From Nitrosospira multiformis ATCC 25196 (GTDB lineage Bacteria > Pseudomonadota > Gammaproteobacteria > Burkholderiales > Nitrosomonadaceae), in the NCBI RefSeq assembly GCF_000196355.1, contig NC_007614.1:120001-152000 (forward strand): a stretch of 32,000 nucleotides of DNA. The letters run 5' to 3'. The notes under the pieces were generated by a model. The model made no database searches. It was not told the DNA's origin and was given only the letters and a program-made list of their open reading frames with translations. The translations under genes were made by a program, and so were the position numbers. Below are positions 21,112-30,564 of this stretch, in pieces (the first letter of the stretch is position 1; every line of letters starts with the position of its first letter).

Positions 21112-22011
21112 ATGAGCACTGCACAACAAGCCCGGGAGTTCTTTACGGGACTGCAGCAACGCATTGTGGAGGGACTGGAAAAAGTCGATGGCACGCACTT
21201 CCGCCGTGATGAATGGGAGCGACCGGAAGGAGGCGGGGGCCTGAGTTGCGTACTGGAAGAGGGTAACGTGCTGGAGCGCGGCGGAGTGAACTACTCGCAC
21301 GTGTTCGGGGGAGGCTTGCCCGCCTCCGCTACCGCTGCGAGACCTGAACTGGCGGGAAGGGGTTTCGAGGCCATGGGAGTGTCGCTCGTGCTGCATCCTC
21401 GCAATCCCTATGCCCCTACCGTGCATCTCAATGTGCGCTATCTGGAAGCGCGCAAGGAAGGCGCCGAACCCGTATGGTGGTTCGGCGGGGGCATGGATCT
21501 GACGCCCTATTACGGCTTTGAAGAAGATGCAGTGCATTTTCACCAGACCTGCAAGGACGCGCTGCAACCATTCGGCAACGATTTCCATCCGCGCTTCAAG
21601 AAATGGTGCGACGAATATTTTTACCTCAAGCATCGCAGGGAGCCGCGAGGTATTGGCGGCATTTTCTATGATGATCTAAGTAAACCCGACTTTGACAGCT
21701 GCTTCAGCCTGACGAAGAGTGTGGGCACTCACTTCCTGGATGCCTACCTGCCGATTCTGGAGCGGCGGAAGAGTGTACCCTACGGCGAGCGCGAACGCGA
21801 CTTTCAGGCCTACCGGCGCGGCCGCTATGTGGAATTCAACCTCGTGTGGGACCGGGGAACCCTGTTTGGGCTGCAGTCGGGGGGGCGTACTGAATCCATC
21901 CTCATGTCCCTGCCCCCGGTCGTGAAATGGCGTTACGACTGGAAGCCGGAGCCGGGCAGCGCGGAAGACAGGCTTTATACCAATTTTTTGATCGGGAAGG
22001 ATTGGGTGTAA
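21112..22011 (+). CDS. hemF: oxygen-dependent coproporphyrinogen-III oxidase
   Basis: [65 protein letters not shown]. The ATG at 21112 is a better start than 20911, which overlaps purD. Confidence 0.95.
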   Translation: MSTAQQAREFFTGLQQRIVEGLEKVDGTHFRRDEWERPEGGGGLSCVLEEGNVLERGGVNYSHVFGGGLPASATAARPELAGRGFEAMGVSLVLHPRNPYAPTVHLNVRYLEARKEGAEPVWWFGGGMDLTPYYGFEEDAVHFHQTCKDALQPFGNDFHPRFKKWCDEYFYLKHRREPRGIGGIFYDDLSKPDFDSCFSLTKSVGTHFLDAYLPILERRKSVPYGERERDFQAYRRGRYVEFNLVWDRGTLFGLQSGGRTESILMSLPPVVKWRYDWKPEPGSAEDRLYTNFLIGKDWV

Positions 22012-22085
22012 GCCGTTATGGATAGCTGGTCGTTTCGCGACGGCATACTATGGCGCAACGGTTTGTTATAAAATATGCAATCAGT

Positions 22086-22161
<76 letters not shown>

Positions 22162-22193
22162 TTTCACTGTTCCACCAAGTCCCAAGAAGTCCT

Positions 22194-22219
22194 AAAAGCC
22201 CGCTAAATGCGGGCTTTTT
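22194..22219 (+). terminator. rho-independent terminator-like hairpin
   Basis: AAAAGCCCGC-TAAAT-GCGGGCTTTTT downstream of tRNA-Ala. Confidence 0.75.
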
Positions 22220-22338
22220 CATTGGCTTATCGTCCTATCCTATCCCCTGCGTTCTATTGAAGCCAGCAGCTAAAGGGGGGCATAATTTGCCAATATGTGC
22301 CCCCAATGCAGATTTGATGCCCACAATAAGGGGTTTTC

Positions 22339-22740
22339 ATGAAATTAAACGATGTGGCAGTGCGCAAGGCCAAACCCGAGTCCAAGTCTTACAAAATGGC
22401 TGATGGTGGAGGCATGTATCTTGAAGTGATGCCGAACGGTTCAAAATATTGGTGGTTGAAATATCGGTTCGGTGGAAAGGAAAAACGTCTTGCGTGCGGA
22501 GTTTATCCGGACGTGCCACTAAGCCTTGTACGCAGCTGGCGAGATGATGCCTGCAAGCTACTGGCACAAGGAATTGACCCTGGGGCGAATTGCAAATCAC
22601 AGAAGACAGTAAAACAGGGACAGGAAGCAAATAGCTTTGAAGTAATAGCGCGAAGGAGATCAAAACCCTGGTGGCCAGCCCTAGGGTTTCTCTTCACCAG
22701 AGACTATATAATCGATTTACATATGTTAAGTATTTCATAG
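22339..22740 (+). pseudogene. truncated tyrosine-type (P4-like, DUF4102 N-terminal) integrase
   Basis: MKLNDVAVRKAKPESKSYKMADGGGMYLEVMPNGSKYWWLKYRFGGKEKRLACGVYPDVPLSLVR...SFEVIAR is a typical integrase N-terminus. Similarity ends near 22655 and no catalytic domain follows. Confidence 0.85.
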
Positions 22741-22813
22741 TAAGCCTTTCCTTATATTGTTAATCTACCTACTCGCTTCTCTCCCCAAGTAGAAAAGCGA
22801 TTGCAGTACCCCC

Positions 22814-22835
22814 GCCCGGCTTATGCCGGGCTTTT
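22814..22835. terminator. terminator-like hairpin
   Basis: GCCCGGC-TTAT-GCCGGGC followed by TTTTCTTTTTTT. Confidence 0.65.
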
Positions 22836-22939
22836 CTTTTTTTGCAGAGATGAAGGCTCTACCAGAAGCCCTGATGTGCTCCCCATAAAACGTGCCATCT
22901 GGAATCTAGTAAAGTTCGTTTTTCGAGAGGAGAACGGAC

Positions 22940-23203
22940 GTGAAGAAGCGATTTACGGATGAACAAATTATTGGATTTCTGAAGCAGGCAGATGGAGGCA
23001 TTCCGGTCAGGGAATTGTGCCGCCAGCATGGTTTTTCCGATGCGTCGTTTTACACCTGGCGTGCCAGGTTTGGTGGGATGACAGTATCGGATGCCAGGCG
23101 GTTGCGAGATCTTGAAGCAGAGAATGCTCAGCTCAAGAAGCTTTTAGCCGAGTCGCTTCTTGATGCTCAAGCCTTGAAGGTTGCTTTGGGCCGAAAGCAT
23201 TAA
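22940..23203 (+). CDS. IS3-family transposase OrfA
   Basis: MKKRFTDEQIIGFLKQADGGIPVRELCRQHGFSDASFYTWRARFGGM helix-turn-helix. Confidence 0.92.
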   Translation: MKKRFTDEQIIGFLKQADGGIPVRELCRQHGFSDASFYTWRARFGGMTVSDARRLRDLEAENAQLKKLLAESLLDAQALKVALGRKH

Positions 23204-23229
23204 CTCCACAGGCCAGGCGTGAGGCAGTA

Positions 23230-24060
23230 ATGGCGATGCTTGAGCAGACGAACGTTTCCGAACGCCGTGCCTGCCTGCTTGTGGATATATCACGTACGGT
23301 ATTGCACTACATGTCCAAGGTGCGGCTGGAGAATGAGCAACTGCAAGGTCGAATGGTTGAGTTGGCCTCTGAACGCCGTCGTTTTGGTTATCGACGCATT
23401 CATGCCCTGCTGCGGCGTGAGGGTGTTGAAGCCAATCACAAACGCATCTTTCGCCTTTACCAGGCTGCCGGGTTGGCAGTAAAGCGCCGACGCAGGCGAG
23501 GGGGCGTAGCAGTTGAACGTGAGCAATTGGCATTGCCAAGCCAGCCCAACGAGGTATGGTCAATGGATTTCATCTGTGATGCACTGGCGAATGGCAGACG
23601 CATCAAGGTATTGACCATCGTTGATGACTTCACCAAGGAATCCATTGATCTGGTAGCTGAACATGGCATTTCGGGACAACATGTCGTGCGCGTATTGGAG
23701 CAAGCTTCACAGTTTCGTGGGTTGCCCTTGGCCATTCGCACCGATCAGGGACCGGAGTTCACCAGCAAGGCACTGGATCAGTGGGCTTATAAGCATGGTG
23801 TCCAGCTCAAATTGATTGAGGCGGGCAAGCCGACGCAAAATGCATATATTGAGAGCTTCAACGGTCGGTTTCGGGATGAGTGCCTGAACGATCACTGGTT
23901 TACCAGCCTGGCTGAGGCACGGATTCGGATATCAGCCTGGCGGCGCGACTACAACGAGCATCGACCGCACAGTGCACTAAATTACCTAACCCCGGCAGAA
24001 TTTGCAGCCAACTGCCGCAGGCAAGAAGAAATAAACGGCTGTGAAAGAAATGGAAGCTAA
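23230..24060 (+). CDS. IS3-family transposase OrfB (DDE)
   Basis: rve-type integrase core: SMDFICDAL, IRTDQGPEF, QNAYIESFNGRFRDECL; likely expressed as an OrfAB fusion by frameshifting. Confidence 0.92.
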   Translation: MAMLEQTNVSERRACLLVDISRTVLHYMSKVRLENEQLQGRMVELASERRRFGYRRIHALLRREGVEANHKRIFRLYQAAGLAVKRRRRRGGVAVEREQLALPSQPNEVWSMDFICDALANGRRIKVLTIVDDFTKESIDLVAEHGISGQHVVRVLEQASQFRGLPLAIRTDQGPEFTSKALDQWAYKHGVQLKLIEAGKPTQNAYIESFNGRFRDECLNDHWFTSLAEARIRISAWRRDYNEHRPHSALNYLTPAEFAANCRRQEEINGCERNGS

Positions 24061-24292
24061 TTTATAACTGAACTTTGCTAGAACGCCCCTGGCACTACTA
24101 CCGGGGGCACATCAGCCCTACAATCGATTTAAATTGAGAGATGGTTACTCAGGTATTGCCCTATCAAAAATAATCTACATAAGATGAGAATGATATTGTG
24201 GGGGCACAATTGTGGGCATATTTCTTGTCACGTTCAATAATACCTTTTATTACAATATATTAAGTTTTAATTCGAGAGTCCTCGTTCCCCCC

Positions 24293-24315
24293 AGCCGCTA
24301 AGTGCGGGCTTTTTC
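24293..24315. terminator. imperfect terminator-like hairpin resembling the one at 22194
   Basis: AGCCGCTAAGTGCGGGCTTTTTC compared with AGCCCGCTAAATGCGGGCTTTTTC downstream of tRNA-Ala. Confidence 0.5.
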
Positions 24316-24446
24316 GTTGGTTTTTCCCTCCCGTCACATCCCATCAAGCTCTGTTGAATCCGGCCCATAGTGAGGTCATGATTTGGCGAAAAATATCCCC
24401 CGGAACTTGATGTTGTAACAGGTCAAGGGAAAACATTAATTCCTAC

Positions 24447-25307
24447 TCATAAGCTGGCGAAAGTTTCCCAACCGGAACATTTCGAATAAGGCTCACGCTT
24501 TAGCATCGTTTTATAGTTGGCCGGTAGATTTTGCATGACCGCCTGTATTTCTCGCTCGTCCTGTGGGGTGATCACCGTGGGACCGGCAAATGGCGTTTTA
24601 TTTCTGCGCAAATTCATATCGAAAGCCGACTTATGACGTAAATCGAAAAATTGAAGCATGCGCCTTAACACTCTTTCGTCTTTTAGCTGTGCATCGACAT
24701 CTATAAAAAATACGCGGTCCTGCCATTGATTCCGTTTAAGCAGCTGCATTGCCCGGTATTCGATTTCAATCCACTGCAACAGATAAAACTGGAACCGACT
24801 CAGGGTGTGCCCGGTGTAGTGCTGATAGATAGCCTCCTTTCCGGTTAATGCCCAGCGAAAATAACGGTCGCCTGTATCGCTTTTATAATCGACAAACGGC
24901 ATTTTTACCTTGCGTATCAGTTGTTCACGCATTAGCTCGCTTTTGGCTACCTTTGCGGGATGACGAACAAGGTGAACAAAACCCACATTTTTTAAAAGTG
25001 TGCCTGCATGACGGTCAAATGCTTTCAGGAAAGCATGGTTAGATTCGAAATACGCCGGTTCTTTACATTTAGCGATAAATCCACATTTCCGCATCAGCAC
25101 TGGCAATAATGCGTTATCGTCGCGCCGTGTATTCCAGTCTATCGGTTTTCCGAACAAAACAGGATTTCCGGGAACAAGGTAGGGTTCATGGGTGCTATAG
25201 CACTGTTGCACATTTTTCGAAAAGAAGTCGGCTAGATAACTTGTGCCGGAGCGGCCGCTTGCCAGAGCAAAAAGCGTTAGTTTGGGCATGGATTCAGGAT
25301 CAGGCAT
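24447..25307 (-). CDS. sulfotransferase family protein
   Basis: PAPS 5'-phosphosulfate-binding-like motif FALASGRSGTSYLADFF at the N-terminus and VGFVHLVRHPAKVAKS as the 3'-phosphate-binding-like segment. Confidence 0.75.
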   Translation of the reverse strand: MPDPESMPKLTLFALASGRSGTSYLADFFSKNVQQCYSTHEPYLVPGNPVLFGKPIDWNTRRDDNALLPVLMRKCGFIAKCKEPAYFESNHAFLKAFDRHAGTLLKNVGFVHLVRHPAKVAKSELMREQLIRKVKMPFVDYKSDTGDRYFRWALTGKEAIYQHYTGHTLSRFQFYLLQWIEIEYRAMQLLKRNQWQDRVFFIDVDAQLKDERVLRRMLQFFDLRHKSAFDMNLRRNKTPFAGPTVITPQDEREIQAVMQNLPANYKTMLKREPYSKCSGWETFASL

Positions 25308-25690
25308 GCTGAAGGGTAATTTACCTCAATGCGACAAAGTCTTAACGCCTGCCCTTGCTTGACGACCTCGCAGTATCGGTGAGGCCCTGAAGGATGCCTA
25401 ATTGAATGAATTCTGGAAGTGTCGGCTGGGTAATTACCGGTTATCGCAAATATCGAGGACAGCACGGTGCGGATTCTCGTTGTGAGTATAAGCCAGCGCA
25501 AGGAGAGATATCGCTGAATGTTTTTTCTCTGTTTTTGGTATTGAAGGAGGAAGCCGCACGTCAATTTGCATTTGTCCATTATTTCCATTATGTCGTAATA
25601 AGAGCTAGACTTAATCCATAAAATGAGCCCATAAGATAGGAGTTAAATGAACTGATTCTCATGGTGAATCAACCTTAGAGGGAGGCTTCC

Positions 25691-26890
25691 ATGGAGATTG
25701 CAGGCCAGCCAAAAAAAATTACTGCATTGACACGTGTGCGAGACACGTTAGCGATACCTCTCGCTGGAATTGCCACATTTTTCTATGTTCTATGGCAATT
25801 GGTGACGGAGCAGCAGCTTTTTCTGCGTACCTTTCTTGTGGAGCGCATGGGCAAGCGTGCTGTGAAGAAACTGCCGCTGGGATATTGGAATGTGCTGGCG
25901 CTCAAAAGCATCATGTTGTGCCAGCATTTGTCTCATAACCCGAACCTGCTGCGAGATGCCCGCAAGCGTACCGAATCGCGCATCCTGCAACGGTTGCAGG
26001 ATCGGGGCGTGCCGCGCGGGCAAGTTCTCCCCATCACGGAATATCAACCCGTCCAGATAGAGCCCCATCGGTTTTACCGGGAGCATGTGAAGCGCGGCGT
26101 ACCGTGCATTATGCGCGGGTTCGTGGGTAACGCGCCGATCGACTGGACGCTCGACAAACTTGCGGAACGTTTTCCGGATACCATCGTCCAGGCGCTGGAC
26201 AAGCGGAGCAAGAAGATGGTGAATGTCTCTCTGCGCGAGATTGCGGAGGACCGCCGCTGCAATTACATTCCGCAGCAATTGTTGCTCGATCAAAATCCGA
26301 CTTTCTACGAATATTTCCGCATTCCGCGCTCGCATGCGTATTTCCCCGTCATGGGACGGCCCTCGAAGCCGGTTCTGAGTTTTCTGATCTTAGGCCTGGG
26401 AGCGGGATTGAACGCCAACTACCACTGTGAGGAAGGGCCCAACTGGTATCTTGCCGTTTCCGGTTCCAAGCGCTGGACCTTGATCGAATCCGAATATTCC
26501 TGGTTGCTATACCCGGCAGCGCTTGGCAACGGCATGCGCCGGTTTGCGGAGTTCATCGCGGATAAGGAAGGGGAACCGAGCGACCGGGATGCGTATCCCC
26601 TGGTGGAGTATGCGCCGCGTTACGAGTTCGAGCTTCATCCCGGCGACGTTCTGTTTTTCCCTGCCTGGATGTGGCACAAGACGATCAACCTCAATGAAGA
26701 AGGCCTGGGGGTCACCTGCCGTTACACTGCCCCGACCGAAATCTCCAACAGATATTTCCGGGCCCTGCAACTGCTCTCCGGAGGGTTCTGGAAAAGCTGC
26801 GTGGAAGTCATTAGTTGCGGCATACGGGGTAATATCGCCTCTCTCGCCAGTGATACCGACCACAACGAGCAGGAAACAGTGTTGTACTGA
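25691..26890 (+). CDS. cupin-like/JmjC-domain protein (cupin_8; possible Fe(II)/2-oxoglutarate oxygenase)
   Basis: LNANYHCEEGPNWYLAVSGSKRWTLIES and FELHPGDVLFFPAWMWHKTIN, i.e. an HxE..H metal-binding pattern of cupin_8/JmjC proteins. Confidence 0.75.
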   Translation: MEIAGQPKKITALTRVRDTLAIPLAGIATFFYVLWQLVTEQQLFLRTFLVERMGKRAVKKLPLGYWNVLALKSIMLCQHLSHNPNLLRDARKRTESRILQRLQDRGVPRGQVLPITEYQPVQIEPHRFYREHVKRGVPCIMRGFVGNAPIDWTLDKLAERFPDTIVQALDKRSKKMVNVSLREIAEDRRCNYIPQQLLLDQNPTFYEYFRIPRSHAYFPVMGRPSKPVLSFLILGLGAGLNANYHCEEGPNWYLAVSGSKRWTLIESEYSWLLYPAALGNGMRRFAEFIADKEGEPSDRDAYPLVEYAPRYEFELHPGDVLFFPAWMWHKTINLNEEGLGVTCRYTAPTEISNRYFRALQLLSGGFWKSCVEVISCGIRGNIASLASDTDHNEQETVLY

Positions 26891-27422
26891 GCGGAATTTC
26901 TTCCGTTTCCTTCTGTCACCGGCAACCTTGGTGCTATCCCCCCGGAAAGCAGTTTATGTTTGCCTTCTTGCGCTATGCCCGCACTTGGCATCGATGCCGG
27001 CTCTATCTCCCATAGAGCCGGGAAAGAAATGCGCCCGGAAATCAGCGAGCAGGGAGGGGGCCAATTTTCTTCTCCGTCGGCGCTCTTCTCTTCTCTTTTA
27101 GTGTTCCTTCTTTATCGCTTCTCCTTGTTTGAAACTTCCCCCCAGTTTACTCCCTTCCTGCAAGTAACCTTTACAAATACCCAATCCCTACTATAGTCAT
27201 AATAAGGCTGCCCAGGAAAGTGCCTCAATCAGAGACGAAGGTGGCTGCAAGGGTAGCTACGCCAGCAGCGATTCCTGAACGGACCTCACCCGTTGGCCCA
27301 TCAGGTGAATCCCCCGAGTATCGCAAACATACCCCGCTCCACGGGCTGGAGCATCTGGAAAAACCAGCCAGATGTATTCATTCCAAGGTGAGCGATCCCG
27401 TTTAACAACAAAGGAGAAACCA

Positions 27423-29114
27423 ATGGGAGATGGACCGGTAGTGCTTGGGGTTAACCGCACGCAGGATGCAAGCATCTGTCTGATGCATGGATCACAGCTC
27501 ATATACGCAATACAAAAGGAACGGCTCACAAGGCGCAAGCACCACTGGGGCAGGCTCGACGATTTCCGTAATGCATACGTGCCGCATCTTCCCGATCTCG
27601 GCAAGCCGATCGATGTCCTTGTCGAATGCTATTCATCCGACAGCGAGATAAAAAATTTTCCTGCCTATGAGCGGGAGATGGCCGAGACGCTGAAGTTCGC
27701 CCCCGGCTGCCGGCGCAAGCGCATCTCGCACCATCTCGCCCATGTGTACAGCGTATTCCATCCGTCGCCATTTGAAGAGGCTGCGGTGATGATCATCGAT
27801 GGCCAGGGCAGTCCGGTTTCCGAATTCACTGAGAAATGGAGCGGGTCGGACAGTGTGCCTCAGGATTGGCGTGAAGTCTCCTCATTCTATCGGGCAGACA
27901 GAGGGCGAATCGAATGCATCGGCAAGCAATTGTGGGACCGTAACGAGCGATGCCTGGTTGGGCTCGGAATGTTTTACTTCCTGCTGACACAGGCGGTTTT
28001 TCCAGGCGAGGGCAACGAAGGCAAAGTGATGGGACTTGCCCCGCACGGCGACCCGAATGCGCTCGGTCTGCCGCCCCTGCAGGTGGAGGGTCCCCAGGTG
28101 ACGATTCCCGGTCGCTGGATGGAAATCCTGCGCGATCGCAGCCGTTTTCGCTATGCTGCCGATGATACTTCCCGTTTTGCCGATAGTGCCAATCTGTCTG
28201 CTGCCGGGCAGCGCGCATTCGAGGAGGCAGTGCTCGAAGTTGCCCGCTGGCTGCACGCGCAAACGGGCGCCGAGAACTTATGCTTTGCCGGAGGCACCGG
28301 TCTTAACTGCTCCACCAATGATCGCCTCTTGCGTGAAACCCCTTTCCAGCGCGTCTTCATTCCTCCGGCCCCGAGCGATGCAGGCACTTCGCTTGGTTGC
28401 GCCGTGTACGGCCTTACCGAAGTGGGGGGAATGCGTTGCGACTATAGATGGGAGAACGACTATCTCGGGCCCGAGCCGCATCTGTCAGACATCGAGTCCG
28501 TGTTAAACGGGGCGGATGACCTTGTCGTGGAGCATATAGAACAATCTGCCGACTTGTGCGGACGTATAGCCGACCTTCTGGCTGACAGCAAGGTGGTCGC
28601 GCTCTATCACGGGCGCAGCGAATTCGGCCCGCGCGCACTCGGCCACCGCAGTATTCTTGGAGATCCGCGCCATGGCTATGTGCGTGACTGGATCAACGCC
28701 AGAGTCAAGGAGCGGGAATGGTTTCGTCCGCTGGCGCCGGTAGTGCTGCTCGAGCAGGCGGAGGAATTCTTCGATATCCGCCGTCCATCCCCCTTCATGC
28801 AGTTCGCCGCGCCGGTCTGGCCCAAGGCCGCCGACATCATCCCCGCTGTCACGCATGTCGACTGCACGGCCCGGTTGCAAACCGTTGGCGAACAGGATGA
28901 CCCCTTCCTGCGCACCCTGCTGAAAGCATTTGAAGCCCGTACCGGTGTTCCCGTAGTGCTCAATACATCCTTCAACCGGAAGGAAGAGCCCATCGTTGAA
29001 ACGCCTGCCCAGGCGCTTGAGTCATTTCGCCGCACGCCCATGCACGCACTCGCCATGCCGCCCTATCTCGTGCGCAAGCGTATCGAACCCGAGGCGGTCA
29101 CTCCTGTCGGGTAG
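27423..29114 (+). CDS. carbamoyltransferase, NodU/CmcH family
   Basis: HHLAHVYSVFHPSPFEEAAVMIIDGQG, LCFAGGTGLNCSTNDRLL, YHGRSEFGPRALGHRSILGDPR, VLNTSFNRKEEPIVETP; start chosen at ATG 27423 after AAAGGAGA. Confidence 0.9.
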   Translation: MGDGPVVLGVNRTQDASICLMHGSQLIYAIQKERLTRRKHHWGRLDDFRNAYVPHLPDLGKPIDVLVECYSSDSEIKNFPAYEREMAETLKFAPGCRRKRISHHLAHVYSVFHPSPFEEAAVMIIDGQGSPVSEFTEKWSGSDSVPQDWREVSSFYRADRGRIECIGKQLWDRNERCLVGLGMFYFLLTQAVFPGEGNEGKVMGLAPHGDPNALGLPPLQVEGPQVTIPGRWMEILRDRSRFRYAADDTSRFADSANLSAAGQRAFEEAVLEVARWLHAQTGAENLCFAGGTGLNCSTNDRLLRETPFQRVFIPPAPSDAGTSLGCAVYGLTEVGGMRCDYRWENDYLGPEPHLSDIESVLNGADDLVVEHIEQSADLCGRIADLLADSKVVALYHGRSEFGPRALGHRSILGDPRHGYVRDWINARVKEREWFRPLAPVVLLEQAEEFFDIRRPSPFMQFAAPVWPKAADIIPAVTHVDCTARLQTVGEQDDPFLRTLLKAFEARTGVPVVLNTSFNRKEEPIVETPAQALESFRRTPMHALAMPPYLVRKRIEPEAVTPVG

Positions 29115-29140
29115 CAGAAGAAAACAGCAGGAGAAATAAC

Positions 29141-30487
29141 GTGATTCGAGGCTATCCCGCTTCGGCAGGCGTCGTTCCCGGCGATTCGCTGGTTCTGCAC
29201 ATTGCGACCGACGCGCCGCGCTTTCGCGTGGTTTTCTATCGTTGGGGAGAGGGTCTGCTGCGGGTGTCCGAAACGGATTGGCTGGCAGGAAAATATGCAC
29301 CTCCACGAAGCGCGGCGGAAGACTGGCAATGGCCGTCATACGCGTTTCCTGTTCCGCACGACTGGCTGTCCGGAGTCTATATTGCTCACCTGGAGGAACC
29401 GGGGGGCAATGCGGTGTCCCTGGCAATGGAAAGCGCCGCCGTCCTGTTCGTCGTCCGCGGCAGTGGACGCAGCAAGCTGCTCTACAAGATTCCGCTCGCC
29501 ACTTACCATGCCTATAACTGCACCGGCGGTGGCTGCTTCTACGTCAATCCTCCGCGTTCAGAGGACCCGCCAGGGGCCAGGCTCTCGCTGCTTCGTCCGG
29601 GTGGCGGCATCGGCGGCGAGACCTGGGGAGCGCTCGACTACTACGATTTGAGTTCGCCGCGCCAGACTTTCGCCCATTGGGATGCGCGCTTCATTCGCTG
29701 GCTGCTGCGCAATGGATACCAGCCTGAATTCTGCACCGATCTCGATATCCACTCCGATCCGGATCTGTGCGGTCGCTACCGGCTTATGCTGAGCGTGGGA
29801 CACGACGAATACTGGAGCGAGACGATACGCGACCGGACGGAAGATTTTGTGTCAAAAGGAGGCAACGTTGCCTTCTTCGGCGCCAACCTCTGCTGGTGGC
29901 GAATTCATATCCTGCATGGCGGAGCGGCGATGCTATGCCATCAAGGCGGTCCTCATGGAGCGCTTGATCACTGGTGGCCATCCACAGGTGTGGCTCGTCC
30001 CGAGGATTCGCTGACAGGGGTGAGTTATCGGAACGGGGGCGGCTGGTGGGATGGGCCCCGGAACACGGGAGGGTATATCGTGCAGGATCCGGAGCACTGG
30101 GTGTTTGCCGGCACAGGGTTGGGTCGCGGCGATGCGTTTGGTGACAAAACCTCGCCACCCCTGGTCGGATACGAGTGCGATGGCGCTCCGCTGGATGACT
30201 TCGACAAGGCTTCGGGACTTGCAGTCCTTTCCTCGAACGCCGGAAATACCGGTACTCCAGAGGGGTTTCGTGTTCTGGCGGCAAGCGTGCTGGATGGCAA
30301 TTGGCAGGAACTCCCCCCTCGGGAGGCTTATCCCGCCCGTGAAGGTATTCACGCGGCAACAATGGGAATTTTTTCGCGGAACGGCGCGGTGTTCACCGCG
30401 GGAACTACCGACTGGGCTCAGGTACTCGAAAATCCGCTGGTCGATGCCATCACACGTAATGTCATCGACCAGCTGCTTCGCGAGTAA
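29141..30487 (+). CDS. N,N-dimethylformamidase beta subunit-like domain protein (GTG start)
   Basis: HAYNCTGGGCFYVNP, WLLRNGYQPEFCTDLDIHSDPDL, YRLMLSVGHDEYWSETIRDRTEDFVSKGGNVAFFGANLCWW resemble the DMFase large/beta subunit C-terminal region. Confidence 0.75.
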   Translation: MIRGYPASAGVVPGDSLVLHIATDAPRFRVVFYRWGEGLLRVSETDWLAGKYAPPRSAAEDWQWPSYAFPVPHDWLSGVYIAHLEEPGGNAVSLAMESAAVLFVVRGSGRSKLLYKIPLATYHAYNCTGGGCFYVNPPRSEDPPGARLSLLRPGGGIGGETWGALDYYDLSSPRQTFAHWDARFIRWLLRNGYQPEFCTDLDIHSDPDLCGRYRLMLSVGHDEYWSETIRDRTEDFVSKGGNVAFFGANLCWWRIHILHGGAAMLCHQGGPHGALDHWWPSTGVARPEDSLTGVSYRNGGGWWDGPRNTGGYIVQDPEHWVFAGTGLGRGDAFGDKTSPPLVGYECDGAPLDDFDKASGLAVLSSNAGNTGTPEGFRVLAASVLDGNWQELPPREAYPAREGIHAATMGIFSRNGAVFTAGTTDWAQVLENPLVDAITRNVIDQLLRE

Positions 30488-30564
30488 TCAGGGGATTTCT
30501 GCTCTGTGCTGCAAATCGTCTTGCGATGGAGCCGACAGCATTGGCAGCAATTCATTCGAGGCGA

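Larger units (their letters stand above)
22872..24114 (+). mobile_element. IS3 family insertion sequence, IS407-group-like
   Basis: Imperfect inverted repeats TGATGTGCTCCCCAT...CTAGTAAAGTTC (left) and complement of GAACTTTGCTAG...CCGGGGGCACATCA (right); orfA/orfB arrangement; direct repeat GCCC at 22868-22871 and 24115-24118. Confidence 0.92.
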
